Shown here: positions 26,962 through 40,729 of the stretch, piece after piece
Position numbering within the stretch: the first letter of the stretch is position 1
How the letters are laid out: each line of letters starts with the position of its first letter
Source: Antedon mediterranea
Taxonomy: Eukaryota > Animalia > Echinodermata
DNA: 64,000 nucleotides
Direction: 5' to 3'
NCBI RefSeq assembly: GCF_964355755.1
Contig: NC_092676.1
Location: 29,964,871-30,028,870, forward strand
The notes under the pieces: model-generated
Told to the model about the DNA's origin: nothing
Databases searched by the model: none
What the model saw: only the letters and a program-made list of their open reading frames with translations
Position numbers and translations under genes: made by a program

Positions 26962-28714
26962 TAGCTTAAAGACTCACTGGTATCTAGAACTTGGCCAAGA
27001 CTGGTGTGATGTGGCATCTTAGTTGTGTACAAATAAGTGATACTGTCGCTTAAGTATAAAGACTCACTGGTATCTGAACCTTTACTGATTTATGCTGTAT
27101 ATGTGGCAGCAGATACATATAGTTTTGTCCAAGATGAGAGTTTTGTGAAAGGGCCATAATTACATTTTGTATAGTTTAGTATAGGGCATGTGTGTTATTA
27201 GTACTGTACATAAATTACATAAATTACATAAATTACATTTTTAAAGTTTTGTAATGTGAATGTTGTCATACAGAATTTACAGTACTGAAAAATGAAAAAA
27301 CTTAAGTTTGCACTTAAATAGTGTGCATAGATATATAATATATATTATAGGAGTATAACTTTTTTGTGAGCCACTTTATTAACTATGTTACAAATTGTAT
27401 ACATAGTCATTTATTTTTTATGAATTAATCATTTCATCAGATATTCTACCTTTATTTATATTTTTAATTTTTGCAATGTAAACAAACATTTTTGCAATGT
27501 AAACAAATAAATGTATATAATCATAATTATATTATTAATTATTATAATAATGTTGATGTTTAATTAAGTTAAGTATGTTAAATATGTTTTGTCAAAAACA
27601 TGAAAAATGAAGAATAATAAATCAGACTTTTAAGAATAGTTTTAAAGAAGTTACAAAAAGGTAGAAAAAACACAAAAAAAAAATATTTTCACTTTTAAAA
27701 AGAGAAAATAAACAGTTAAACCAAAAACCTATAGGCTGACAGGTAAATATATATTTTGTGAATAACTATAATATGTGACATTAAAATGGAATATTCAGGG
27801 ACAATTAATATATCTTTTGGAAATGCTATAGATTGAGAAATAAATGTAATCAACTTATAAAATATTGTTTCCTGAATAATGTTTATTTTTATATTTATTA
27901 TACAGTAATTAGAAACTAACATTCGTGGTGTTCCGCACCATTCAGTACATTACTACAGCAAAATACTCTTGAATGTTGTTTGACTATTAAACAACAATTA
28001 AACAAGGTTAAATAGACAGACATGCTGAGAATGTTGTGTTTTTTTTTTTATCTCGGATTGATTGTCTTAAAAAGTCACACTTGACGTCCACCCTCTATTT
28101 TCGATTATCCAATCAGAATTCCGTTATCACAATGAACCCCCTAAGGTAACGAAGAATAGAATGTGTGTATTGATTATTGACGAATGGCGAGTCAAAAAGT
28201 GGTGGAGTTTCCAAAACAACCACAAACATGACTGACCACAGATAATACATCTGTCTGTTAAAGTTTAATAAAACATCTAAAAGGTAAGTAAATGGAGAAA
28301 AATGAAGAAATAAAATGTTTGTCAATAAGCAGTGTACTGTCTAAGTATTTCAATTACTAGATGATACAGTATACTGGCTATTTAGTAGGTAGCCTAGCAG
28401 CTCCTCCTCTAGGCCTCCTACACGCTCTAAACAGGTCGCAACTTAAATCCAGAGGCTCCGGGCCAGGCTGGCTAGGTACATGATTCAAGGCTAACTTGGC
28501 CTATTTGTTGGTAGTACATTGCAGTAGCCTAGGTAGATTTAGTTGGGTTTAATAATAATAAGGCTTATTACTAGTATGATTATCTACAGTTCTAAATACT
28601 AACACTACTAAAAAAGGTCTCACTAGAGCCTAGCTCACCCAACAGTTGGGTGAGCTAGGCTCTAGAAACAGGAGAAATTAATAAATGATATCGCTTTGTT
28701 TTTGACAGAAAAAA

Positions 28715-31700
28715 ATGAGTAACGGTGGAACTTTCGCAGTTCCTGGGAAGCCGCCCCCACGACCTGGTGGCCGAAAAGCAACAAAATTTGCAGAAAGAAA
28801 AGGATCATTACCAGCAAGTATTATTAAGACTGACTTGAGCAGACTAAAACTTGAAAGGTAGAGCAAGCGGTCTACATGCACCAATCAATATGCATGTAGT
28901 AGTGTGAAAATGAAACATTGATGTTTGATTTGCCATCTTCAGACCGGAACAGCTAGTGTGAAAGACTCTAGTTTATATATTAATTTGTTGTTGTTTTACA
29001 GTTACATTTTATTTTAAATTTTTATAGACATCAATCGCAACCAAAACTCTCAAGAGATGAAGGTGGTGGCTCGATGAACAATATATTATTTCAACGAGGG
29101 CGCTCTAATAGTTTGACACCGCTAGATAGTTTTAAAAAGTGAGTTAAATAGTTGTTTTTTCAATATCTGTGTTGCATACTATAATATTTAACTCTTTTTA
29201 TAATTAAAATCTGACTCAACTTGGTTGCCTGTTATTTTGTTTGTAACTTTTTAAAATGTATACAGGACCTTAAGTGCCAGCAACCTTGCCGCTTTGTCAG
29301 ACAGTAATCTATCAATCACGAGAGCATTGCCGTTTAAAAGCTATGATAAACCAAACACGATGAGCAGTGCCCTCAAAGACCAATGGCAACGGCTAGTCAA
29401 GCGATATTATTTTCAAATAACCAATGGTTGTGGCAATGAGCAATGCAGAAATAAGTTTTGTGCTTCATGTAAAGGTATTTTGAAATTTATAATTTGTTTT
29501 CTCATTTCTGTTTTGATTTATTTAGATAGCATACAGGAATATTTAATAGAGACAAAAACAAACATGAAACTCATTTGCATGGTACAAGGGATAGCCTTCT
29601 AAATCCCCAAAAGGTAGTCCCCTTTATTTTATTAATAAGAAATAAACAATTGTTTTATCTAATTACATTCTGGTTTTCACAGATCATGTGATTGTAAATG
29701 GAGGCAATGCTGTCATAGTTTGTATACATCTTGCTTCCCATCAAAAGTAAGTGGAAGTATTTTGATTTTGCTGTACCTTTTTTATTTATAACTATATTAT
29801 TAACTATTTAAAGCTCTCTCTACACTATCAAACTTTATGTAGTAAAAAATTGTTTTGTTTTTCATAGGCAATATATTTGTTCATCAGAGAATTTGATTGG
29901 TTGTTCCTTGCCAAAAGATGTCTTCCAGCCAGAAGAAGGCCAATCAAAACCTTTCTTATATTCATTATACTCTTGTACACCATTTGCATCATTGTTTGTT
30001 GATAAAGGCAATCCAGATGAAACAGACTCTATTAGTCGAATGGATAAAAGAAACACTCTAAAAGCATCTAGTCTTGATAATGTTATATCCACCAATAAAA
30101 AACAGCAGTTCAAAGTTCAAGAAAGAGATAAAAAATCATTGGCTGATCCAAGGCAGCTAGTGACCAACAAAACTGATGTCATTGACGTGCCTTCCCAGCA
30201 TTCATCATCAACACAACGTCATGATGAGTTAAAAAATGAAGAACTTTTACCTAACAAATTAAAAAGCTTGTCCATTGATTTAAGCAAAGTTGGCGTGGGT
30301 ACTATTTCAAATGTCCACTCTTCAATTGACTTGGATCATCATCACCATGGCTACGATACGTTATCATTGAGGTAAGTAATATTACAATATAAATATATTA
30401 TTTATAAATTTGGACAAATAAAAATAATATACAGTAGTTATACCTTAATTATGTTTATATATATTTTTTTTACTATTTAGGTCTGTTAGTGACCACCAGC
30501 TTCCTAATAGATACCATACTAATTTATCATGTTCTCAAGTTAGTCTACACTCAAATCAATCATTAAGTTCTCTCTCCAACACGTTACCTTTTACTCAAAG
30601 TCCAATACCAAGCCATGAAGCTTTAGTGGAGACGGAAGACTTAGTTGCCTTTGAACGATCGTTGTCCTGTGAAATGTCGCTAGAAATACCATCCGAGTTT
30701 TCACTGACACACTTGACCTTTGACATGTTACAGGTACTGTATGTAGTATAGATTTCCAATGTTACTTAGTATATATTAGTATTGTTAGTGATTGGTGTAC
30801 ATTCTTAAACAATCGACTAGATTAGTAACAATTAGTGAATTTTATTTTATATATTTTACATATACTCTACCAATACTCTCTGAAATTCTCCCAAAACCTG
30901 CTTGACATCCCAAATCTCTTTATTACATTTACCAGAATTTATGGAATATCATTAACAATTCTGTACCAGAATTTATGGAAAACCAGACAAGATATGGTGG
31001 TATACTGTACTAATGTTGACTGGATATTTATTTCTTAGGCACCTGTTGATCACTATAAGCTATGTTCTGATCCATCATTCCTGATCAACACAATAAGAAC
31101 TGTGTTCACTTCATCAGATGCTCTCAATTCCAGCTTCCTTGTAAGTTTTTTGTTATGTATTGTAAAGCTCTGTCTAAACTACCAAACTTTAGTATGACAA
31201 AAAATGTGATGTGCCCATATATGGACATGTTGATGTCCATATTTCAGCACAGCACACTTTTTTGTCAAACTAGTTTCATAGTGTAGACAGCTTAATGGTT
31301 ACTGTATATAAAAGGGTGATAAGAACAAATTAACTGATGTTTTTTATCTATTTTTATGAAGGTAAAAGAAGATGACTTTAGTAGTGGGGTTGACCTGGAA
31401 GCAGTTAGTAAAGCATATGACCTTTTGTTGAATCTTTATCCATGCGATGTCTTTCAGTCAACAATGAATAATTCACTTGAGATTCTTATGTCTTCTATCC
31501 ATCCTGCATCTGTTCAAAATGATGATATTAATCAGGTAAAAAAACTCACAAAATAATAAACATTTAAACCAAACAGTGAAAGTGTAAATCTAAGCAAATA
31601 AATGTATAAAGCCCTTTCTACACTATCAAACTAGTTTGACAAAAAAAAGTGTGATGTGCCCAAATATGGTAGTGATATGCTTAAATATGGTAGTGATATG

Positions 31701-34700
31701 ACATCATCATGTCCATATATATGTGCACATCACACTTTTCTTGTCACATAAAGTTTGATAGTGTAGACAGAGCTTAACAATGTTATCACTATATAATCTA
31801 TTTTTAGTTTCAGATATTGCTTGCAAATCCCTTATTTGTTAGTAACCATGAACTATTATGCAAATTGTCTGCAATATTGGGGGCTCTGTCTACATCTACG
31901 AAGAATGCTTTAGTGAAAATATTAAGCACCTATGAACGAACGAGCTTCCAAAAACTGATCACCATGTTTAAGACTCATTTATCTGCAATGCTGCATCCAC
32001 AACAAGGGTTTGTAAGATTCAACGTTTACTTGTGGAGGGTGTTGGCAATTTAGTAAAATTGTATTCACCATAAAATAATATGTGTTAAGATCCTGCTAAC
32101 ATATGGTTTTATTCTATTAAGGTCAGATGAAACAAAGTCAGCTTGTGTTTTTTTAATTTATTTACAGTTCTGAGGACAATCTAATTGATGTTGCAGAAGT
32201 TCTTGAAATCCTTTATGACGCCAACACATTATCTGAAAAGACCTTAGCATCATGTGAACAATTTTACTCTGACGAAGTATCAAGGTAAATTAAGGAACTT
32301 CATGGTATTCACCATTTATTGTACCTACTGTATGGTAGAATACCGTAAGCACTAAGTCAGTCAAGAAGATACATCTAACTCACTCTTAATACTTTATATT
32401 AAATTGATAACTTTATTTAGAATCATTAATGATATTATATTGATGTTGCAAAAGTTCTTGATATCCTTTATGATGGCAACACACTATCTGAATTGAGAAA
32501 CTTTAAGTCAGTCAAGAAGATACATCTAACTAACTAAATGAATACAACATACAAGATAAATTTATTGTCAAATAATTCAACGAAAGATTTGGTTTTTCTC
32601 ATGGCAACTTAATATAACAATAGAATAAAATCATTAAAATGTTTAGAACACAAAGTAAAATAAACAGTACAGTATGATTGTTTTTTATTTTGAAAATAGA
32701 AATCTTGATTACAAAACGGAATATAATAAGTGGAGGCTAAGCCAAGAAAGCAAGTCAGTAAGAAGCAAGTCTTTACTCAACTATCCATTTCTTCTTAATC
32801 CAGCAGTAAGTCACTGTATTCATTAAATAAACTTGTACTTGTTTTCATTATTTTCGTAGGGATTAACCGATTCTGTATTTGTGTTTTTAGTCCAAAGTAC
32901 TTGTTCTCCATTTTGATGCTGTCATTCAGATGAGAAAGGAATATCAGTCTGCTATTTTACATCAAGCAGTGAGTTACTTAAATCAAACTTAGTCTATGCT
33001 TGAAAAAATATCCACTTTTATCCAGCTGCCTTTCAGGCACTGAATGCTTGTCAGTATACCATGAGTGATGGAGTGTAAAGTGATGTGACACTTTGAGCAC
33101 ATTTGGACGGAATAAATTTACATGTGTAATGGTCGCGTGTGGTGTAAATTGCTGTTGCTTTTACACCTTAAACTGCAAGCTGATTAACCGCAAGATAAGG
33201 AGCAATTTGACCTTATGCATGAAATATGACCCTGCTGGGTATTTTTTTGTTAGTTTACACGTGTTTATTGGTCATCGTCCGAACGATCACTAATTATACA
33301 TGTAAAGTTACACATGTAACTGATTTTACGTCCGAACACAGCCTAAGTTGTTGTTCTTGTTAGTTTTTCATTTCATAATTTCTATATATTTTAAATGCAA
33401 ATGACAATAAATGGAAGTAATTTTTTCATTGATGAATGAACAAAATTCATCCATAAATGATTTTGTTTGTGTAAAATCCAATTATGTTTTTATAGCGTGT
33501 AAACCAAGCGCAGAAATACATTCAAGAAGGAAGTCGTTTTAAGAACATCTCAGACAGCGTTAAGTCAGCCATCTGTCCCTTTCTGGTGCTAGAAATTCGT
33601 AGGGATCATCTTATAGCAGACACCATGGCTCAAATCAGAGGCAAACAAGTTGACCTTAAGAAACCGCTTAAAATTAAGTACATAGGCGGTGGTGAGCAGG
33701 TATGTGTAAGATTTTGTGTATCAAATATGAATCATATTATTTGTTTTGTTTATACAGTGTATTTAGGCAAACTGCCAATGATAACCATAAAGTGAGATCA
33801 TTCCACTATCTTTCTTAAAGTTGGAAATCCTGTTCACTAGACAAACATATACACAAGATGCTTTACATACTGTAAACACAGACTTATTACAAGTCTTTGG
33901 GAGTGGAGTTGTAATTTGTCATTAGAAAAAATCTTGGCACTGACAGCATTTAAACACCAGAACCTTAGATTGGTAGCCAAGCATCATAACGACTCTACAT
34001 TTGTTAAAAAAATCATATACGCTTATATCAAAATAAATAAATTTAATTGGCTGTAGGGATTGGACATGGGAGGCTTGCAAAAGGAGTTTTTTCAATTGCT
34101 GACAGCGTCAATCTTTGAGCCTAGCTATGGCATGTTTCTAGAGACTGACGAAACCAGGCTTTTGTGGATAAATGGTGAGGTTTTATTTTCTTTTCTTTCT
34201 ACTTGTTACTTTGGCTAATCAAATCAAATATTTATTTGTTCCATATAAAAAAATGTGAACACTGGAAAAATTGTTTTCCTCGACAGAACAAAAAATTCAC
34301 AATCATCATACATTAGATAAAATTACAATTGGGACCCATCAATGAATGATAAAATTAGCCCCGAGTTTATAATTTTATTTTAGGTGGATCTTTAGAATCA
34401 GACGATGAATTTGAATTAGTTGGAATCATCCTAGGCCTAGCAATCTACAATGGTATAATACTTGACGTCCACTTTCCGAACCTGATCTATAAGAAGCTTC
34501 ATGGTGTCAAGCTAAGCCTAGAAGATCTGAAAGAAGTCCAGCCTACATTAGCCAAAAGCCTGCAAGAGTTACTAGAGTTTGATGGTGATGTTGAAGAAGT
34601 GTTCTGTCAGACATTTCAGGTAATGTGATTTTTATTATGTTTTGTCCACAAAGTGATGGCTGTATTGTATGTTAATTATTGTAGCGATGTTGGTTGTTGA

Positions 34701-37070
34701 AAGCTTTGTCTACACTATCAAAATTTATGTGACAAAAAATGTGATTTAGATTATGTTTTGATGGCTGTATGATAATTATTGTATCTATGTTTGTTGTTGA
34801 CATCTTTCTCACAGATTCTTATTTTAAAACTCCATCTACACTATCAAACTTTATGTGACAAAAAAATGTTATGTGCCCATATATGGATACGATGATGCTA
34901 TATCACACTTTTTTTGTCAAACTAGTAGACATAGCTTTATCCTTTCCAGCCACAGATTATTAATTAAATGAACTTAACATTTTTTTTACAGATTTCCATA
35001 AACTGCTTTAGTCAGGTGATCACAGTTGATCTTATTCCAAATGGTTCACAGGTGCCGGTTACAAGCAAGGTAAGAAATTACTTTTTAAATTTTTTTAATT
35101 TTTATTCGCCAATAACAGGAGGGTAACATTTTTAATTACTGTATTTGTAATTCTTTGTGTCCATATATGGGTACATCATATAAATAGGCTGTTCTAAAGT
35201 GAATACCAGGAATTGTTTTTACAAGGCCTTGTATCTTTAAGTTGTTTTTTTTTTCAGAACCGACAAATTTATGTTGATTGTTATGTCCAGTACTTTCTTA
35301 CAACCAGTGTGTCAAAGCAATTTGAGGTACATTCTCTTTCAGTTCTGTTTGTGTAATTTTGTTTCTGTAATTATCCTCTCCTCATATTGCATGGAATATT
35401 TTAGATACTAATGGTAGTAACATTTTAAATGTTGTTAAACATTGTACAACATTTATTAATATATTATGTTTTGGTTGTTTTTTTATCAGGCCTTTTCTCA
35501 TGGTTTTCACTTGATGTGTGGTGGTCCCGCATTGAAACTGTTTCAAGCTGAGGAAACAGAACTACTTGTGTGTGGTAATCCTGACTTAGATTTCATAGCT
35601 CTAGAATCTTGTACTACATATGAAGATGGCTTCACCAGGTTAGCTTGAATAAATTGATAGTTGAAATGAGGTTTTGGCCCTCCCCACAGAACATTGCAAA
35701 ATGTTCAATTTAAAAGTTGAGTTTCTGCTATTCTTTTAAAATTATGGTGATAAAATTGAGTACCACCACCACTATATTTAACCAGCTTTAAAAAACTCAC
35801 CTTTTCAACAAATATGTCGATAAACCATATTCAATTCAGTTGAGATCCATTTATATTTTATGGTCTGTCACTCATTTTTATTTCTCTTTTTTATTTATTT
35901 CATGGATTACTTTTATTTTTATGAAGGACATAGAGGCTTTATGCATTATGCGCTTAAAAGTCCAAATTTATTGTTGTTGTTAATATTATTATTTAAGTTA
36001 CTTATTCTTACATAATAAGGCTCAATTTTGTATTGTTTTGTTATGAATTTGGTTGTATACATTTTTCCCCAGACACCATCGAACTATTAAAGCTTTCTGG
36101 AGTGTTGTTCACAGCTTAGATGAAACACAGAAAAAGAAGTTGCTGAATTTTATAACTGGAAGTGACAGGGTAAGGTTTTCTATCTCTATTTATTTTGAGT
36201 AAAATAATAACTAAAAATCTGGTTTCCATATAGCAAGTAGGGCGACATTGGACAATGTAGTCAATGGTATGTCTCCTAATACTTAAATTTATTATTATTT
36301 GTCTGTGATAGAATAAACCTATTGGGACAGGTGTATTTTTCATTTCATTTGTCGTAAATGAGTTGAAAACATATTGCAAAGCAAATGTGTGTATGTGCAT
36401 TTCATGACAATATAACAATAATAAACTGAACAACTAAACCGCCCAGTGATATGTTGAAAATGAATTGATTAATTTAGAAACGATAACGATGAGGGAAGCT
36501 CTATCAAACTAATTTGACAAAAAAAGTATTATGTGTCCAAATATGGTAGTAATATGACCAAAGATGGTTGTGATATGGTCCATAACATGGCACATCACAT
36601 TTTTTTTGTCACATAAAGTTTGATAGTGTAGACAGAACTTAAGAATGAGAAACTGCATTGTAAATTCATTTTTTGTAATGACCTTATTTATTTTATATAC
36701 TTATATAATTATATACAAATATATTTTTGTCTCGTCGTTTATGGGTGACAAGAAATCTCTTCTTGCAAGATCCTCTATTAATGGTATTTTGTATTTTCTC
36801 ATTATAAATGACCACTCTTTTTTATTGCATTGCTTTTACCATTGATAGAAACTAATAAATGTTGAATCATTATTATTATTTCAGGTGCCTGTAAAGGGGT
36901 TATCAAGTCTTCCAATAGTGATCCAACGACATGGACCAGATAGTGACCGCCTTCCTACTGCTATGACGTGCTTTAATCGTCTGCTTCTTCCATCTTACGC
37001 TTCCAAAGACAAACTCAGAAATCGTTTAACAATTGCACTGGAAAATGGAAAAGGCTTTGGCCTTACATAA
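28715..37070 (+). CDS. AZUL-domain HECT E3 ubiquitin ligase (UBE3A/HECTD2 family), about 20 coding exons; probable 5' UTR exon ends at 28283
   Basis: AZUL Zn-finger LVKRYYFQITNGCGNEQCRNKFCASC (~29392-29470). HECT motifs: LEIRRDHLI..DLKKPLKIKYIGGGEQGLDMGGLQKEFF, LAIYNG, ELLVCG, LLNFITGSDR, RLPTAMTCFNRLLLPSY...GFGLT*. Confidence 0.9.
33095..33345. mobile_element. MITE-like element in a HECT-gene intron
   Basis: Imperfect inverted ends (TTTGGACGGAATAAATTTACATGTGTAA / TTACACATGTAACTGATTTTACGTCCGAAC). Confidence 0.55.
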
Positions 37071-37763
37071 CTATCAATTATAATAGTTATAGAGTTGATA
37101 TACAAATAGCATATGGCAAATACATGTTTATACAGCCGAAATGAATTAAACAAAAAAAAAAAGAAAAAAGTCTTATACAATCCACTACTTATCTATTGTA
37201 TATCAAATGTATGGAAATGTTTTATTTTTTATATTAATGAAATGTATTTATTTTGTATTGATTGCAATAAAAAACAGTTTATAGAAATGATTTTAAATGT
37301 GTTCTTTGTATTGCTAATTATAAATAATTGATAATAACAAAACATTCATCAAAACTGTGAAATTTAGAAGACTTTATTAGCAACTCATCTATTTTTACTA
37401 TCATTCGTTGATGAAGTTTTGAAGCCCCGCCTCCATGACTAAAGCCTCCCTGGCTTTCTATAAAACTTGTAAAATGAAAAATAATTCACCGTATTCGTCG
37501 GGTCAGTTAAATTTGTCAATATAATTTTAAACGCGTTTTATTAGTCAAACGTTACACTGCTTCGTTATTTTAGCATAGAGTGTGCTGCCTTTGTTGACGC
37601 GAAAACAATATGTTTGACGTATATGAGCAGACTGCGCTTTCACACGCATAACTCTCAAATGATCTGTTTACATGTGAAACGGCGGTTTACTTAAAAATGT
37701 TTTTTTGTTTGCAGTTACTTAGCTATTTATTTTACCAAAATACTTTATCTTGTATTGGTTATA

Positions 37764-38860
37764 ATGTCGTATAAGCCCTCTAGAGTGTATGCATCGCTTT
37801 TAGACCAGTCAAATACCCCTACTAATAATAAAAATCAAGGTAATCCTAGGCCTAAAACGTCAACAGAAATCGAGGTGACAGCGACAGCAGAAGCCAGGCA
37901 AGTGCCGAATAGAGCCAATGTAACCGTGGTTGTTAGTAGTCGTAAAGAGGTAGCTGCTGAGGCTAAGAACAGTGTGGCAAGACGAACAGATTATATTTTT
38001 CAAGCTCTACATACATTCCAAGTAAAGGTATATATAGCTTAACCGTTCGTTCACACATTTTCCATATTATTACATTACATATTTTACATTACATATTTTA
38101 CATTTGCACAAATACAAATAGGTTTATGCCCTTTTTATTACAATTTTTTGTAGGAAGGAGATGTTTCAAGAACTGATTCATTACAAAGAGAGGATGGCTT
38201 GTATGTAATGACTACGGAACTTTTAGTCACATTTGTAGACATTGAGAAATGCTTAGCTGTTACTAATCTTCTGGTAGAAAAGTTAGATGATTCTGTTATT
38301 ATAACTCAACCAGAATTTCACCATACACCTCACAGTGTAGAAGAACTAAGGTCAGTTATAAATACAATAAGTACATAATAATTTCAAACTCTAACCCATC
38401 TTGTTTAAGCTCTGAACCCCAATTAGAAACTTTCATGCAAAATAGACTGTGTGCCTCATCACTATATTTTGATCCTCTTGAATAAATAACTAAATTTGAT
38501 TACATTTTATAAAAGAGTGCACTTTTACATGAATTTGTACAATTACCATTTGATATTGAATTTAAATGTTTCTTTTTGAATCCTAGAAAACAAGTTTTAA
38601 TAAAAGCAGTCTCCAACTGTCGCCAAAAAGCAGATAACATCGGCCTTCTCCTGGGTCAAGTCGTTGGTCAACCAAACAAGATCATAGAAGAGTATACAAA
38701 AGAATGGGAAGGACCAGAAACGGCACCTACAACTGAACGGTTAGGTAAATCACTGACGATGCAACAAAGAATTGCAAATGCTACAGTGCATGTGAAAGCT
38801 AAGGTGAAGATTAACTTTGAGATGATGGCAAAGGAAAAAGCTAAAGCCACTACAAGGTAG
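37764..38860 (+). CDS. IRAK1BP1: IRAK1-binding protein 1 (SIMPL domain); exons 37764-38027, 38154-38350, 38587-38860
   Basis: EIEVTATAE...PNRANVTVVVSSRKE.AAEAKNSVARRTDYI.Q.L, NLLVEKLDDSV.I.QP.F.HT, and a C-terminal TMQQRIANATVH; junctions are in frame. Confidence 0.88.
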
Positions 38861-39010
38861 CATAGGACATATTAGCTAAACATGTGTCTACTGGACTAAC
38901 TATGGATTTATCTTTAATCACCATTAGCGTGTAACTCGGCAATTACAGGATCGATAAACTATTTAATAATTAATAGTTTTATATTTAGCCTTATTTAGTC
39001 GTGAGTGACA

Positions 39011-39643
39011 ACCCTGGCACTATGTCAGGATTGAACCCCGGCACTATGTCAGGATTGAACCCTGGCACTATGTCAGGATTGAACCCCGGCACTATGTCAG
39101 GATTGAACCCTGGCACTATGTCAGGATTGAACCCCGGCACTATGTCAGGATTGAACCCCGGCACTATGTCAGGATTGAACCCTGGCACTATGTCAGGATT
39201 GAACCCTGGCACTATGTCAGGATTGAACCCTGGCACTATGTCAGGATTGAACCCTGGTACTATGTCAGGATTGAACCCTGGCACTATGTCAGGATTGAAC
39301 CCTGGCACTATGTCAGGATTGAACCCTGGCACTATGTCAGGATTGAACCCTGGCACTATGTCAGGATTGAACCCTGGCACTATGTCAGGATTGAACCCCG
39401 GCACTATGTCAGGATTGAACCCTGGCACTACAGTATGTCAGGATTGAACCCTGGCACTATGTTAGGATTGAACCCTGGCACTATGTCAGGATTGAACCCT
39501 GGCACTATGTCAGGATTGAACCCTGGCACTATGTCAGGATTGAACCCTGGCACTATGTCAGGATTGAACCCCGGCACTATGTCAGTATTGAACCCCGGCA
39601 CTATGTCAGGATTGAACCCCGGCACTATGTCAGGATTGAACCC
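39011..39643. repeat. 24-bp minisatellite, about 26 copies, derived from the B-box region of the adjacent tRNA-like SINE
   Basis: Unit CCYGGCACTATGTCAGGATTGAAC, contiguous with a - strand SINE head at 39644-39695. Confidence 0.95.
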
Positions 39644-40729
39644 CAGACTTCGTATTGGAAGACAAGCATGTTAACCACCAAGCTACAGCACCACTACATT
39701 ATAAGCCACTCATTGTCAAAGTACATTAAAAAGCTTGGCACTGTTTAAATTTTCTTTTAAGCTTGGTTTCTACTATGACGTAACACAATGACGTAGATAC
39801 AACACAAGCAAGTTGACCAAAATAATCATTGCTTGTGATTGGTCAAACCACCTGCGTTACATGTTGTGTCTCTATGGGAACCAAGCAGCAGTACTAATAA
39901 TTATTTCAGATACACTGATAATGCCCTATGTTGCCTGTAATTGTATTGTTCACTCATGTGTGTCTGTTGTAATATTGCTGTCTTGGACTAATCTCTATTT
40001 ATTACAGATTCTGTTGGTATTTTGTGGTTCAAATAAAACCCTAAAAATAGGTTGAATTTTTGTAAATAAATTGTCAATTGGTAAATAATACGGTATACAG
40101 TAATATTTGTTTGCATTTTGAAAATTAAATCAACGTTTTCTTTACGTGTATTATAATTTATTATACAATATGGTATTTTTTAGATTTTATTTGTATATAT
40201 ATAATATTAGGCTTTCAAAATGATTGTATAACTTTGACCTTTTGTTGTATAAGCACGAACTTAATTATTCAAATGAATATTAATTTATAATAATCTAATG
40301 CTTTTGACAACCATCCGAAATCCTCTGATTTAATGAAGTTCACTTTTCATCGATCAGAATTGATTTATTATTGATTTTAAACACACTGTTGTACCTGGTC
40401 ATTGATGCGTTTGTAATCAGAACGATTGTGCAGGAGTTTGTTGATGAATGCAAGTGTGTGTATGGTACTGCAAAGTAAACAAATACTGTATTTATATTCA
40501 ATAACTTGGGAACATTTCATTGAAGAAAATAACACAGTTTTGTAAAGAATGTACACGTATCGGCTGTGAACATCGATTATGGTTTTTGAAAGCGTCTCCG
40601 TTATTTACTACAGTAGTTCAAACCTGTATACAGCCATGGAACCAATACAAGGAATAGTAGGCCTATTATATTCCAGTGCATTTGATAAAAGTGATTGTAT
40701 GTAGCATGTAAGGAACGTGTGGGCACCTT

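Noticed and set aside
38991-39674. ORFs (PGFNPDIV)n and (GTMSGLNP)n as repeat proteins
   Set aside because: By-products of a 24-bp unit without stops; the frame is broken near 39430 and the unit derives from a SINE.
39644-39695. tRNA gene (also 5699-5775)
   Set aside because: A- and B-box-like motifs are present, but I could not form a complete cloverleaf; dispersed diverged copies indicate a SINE.
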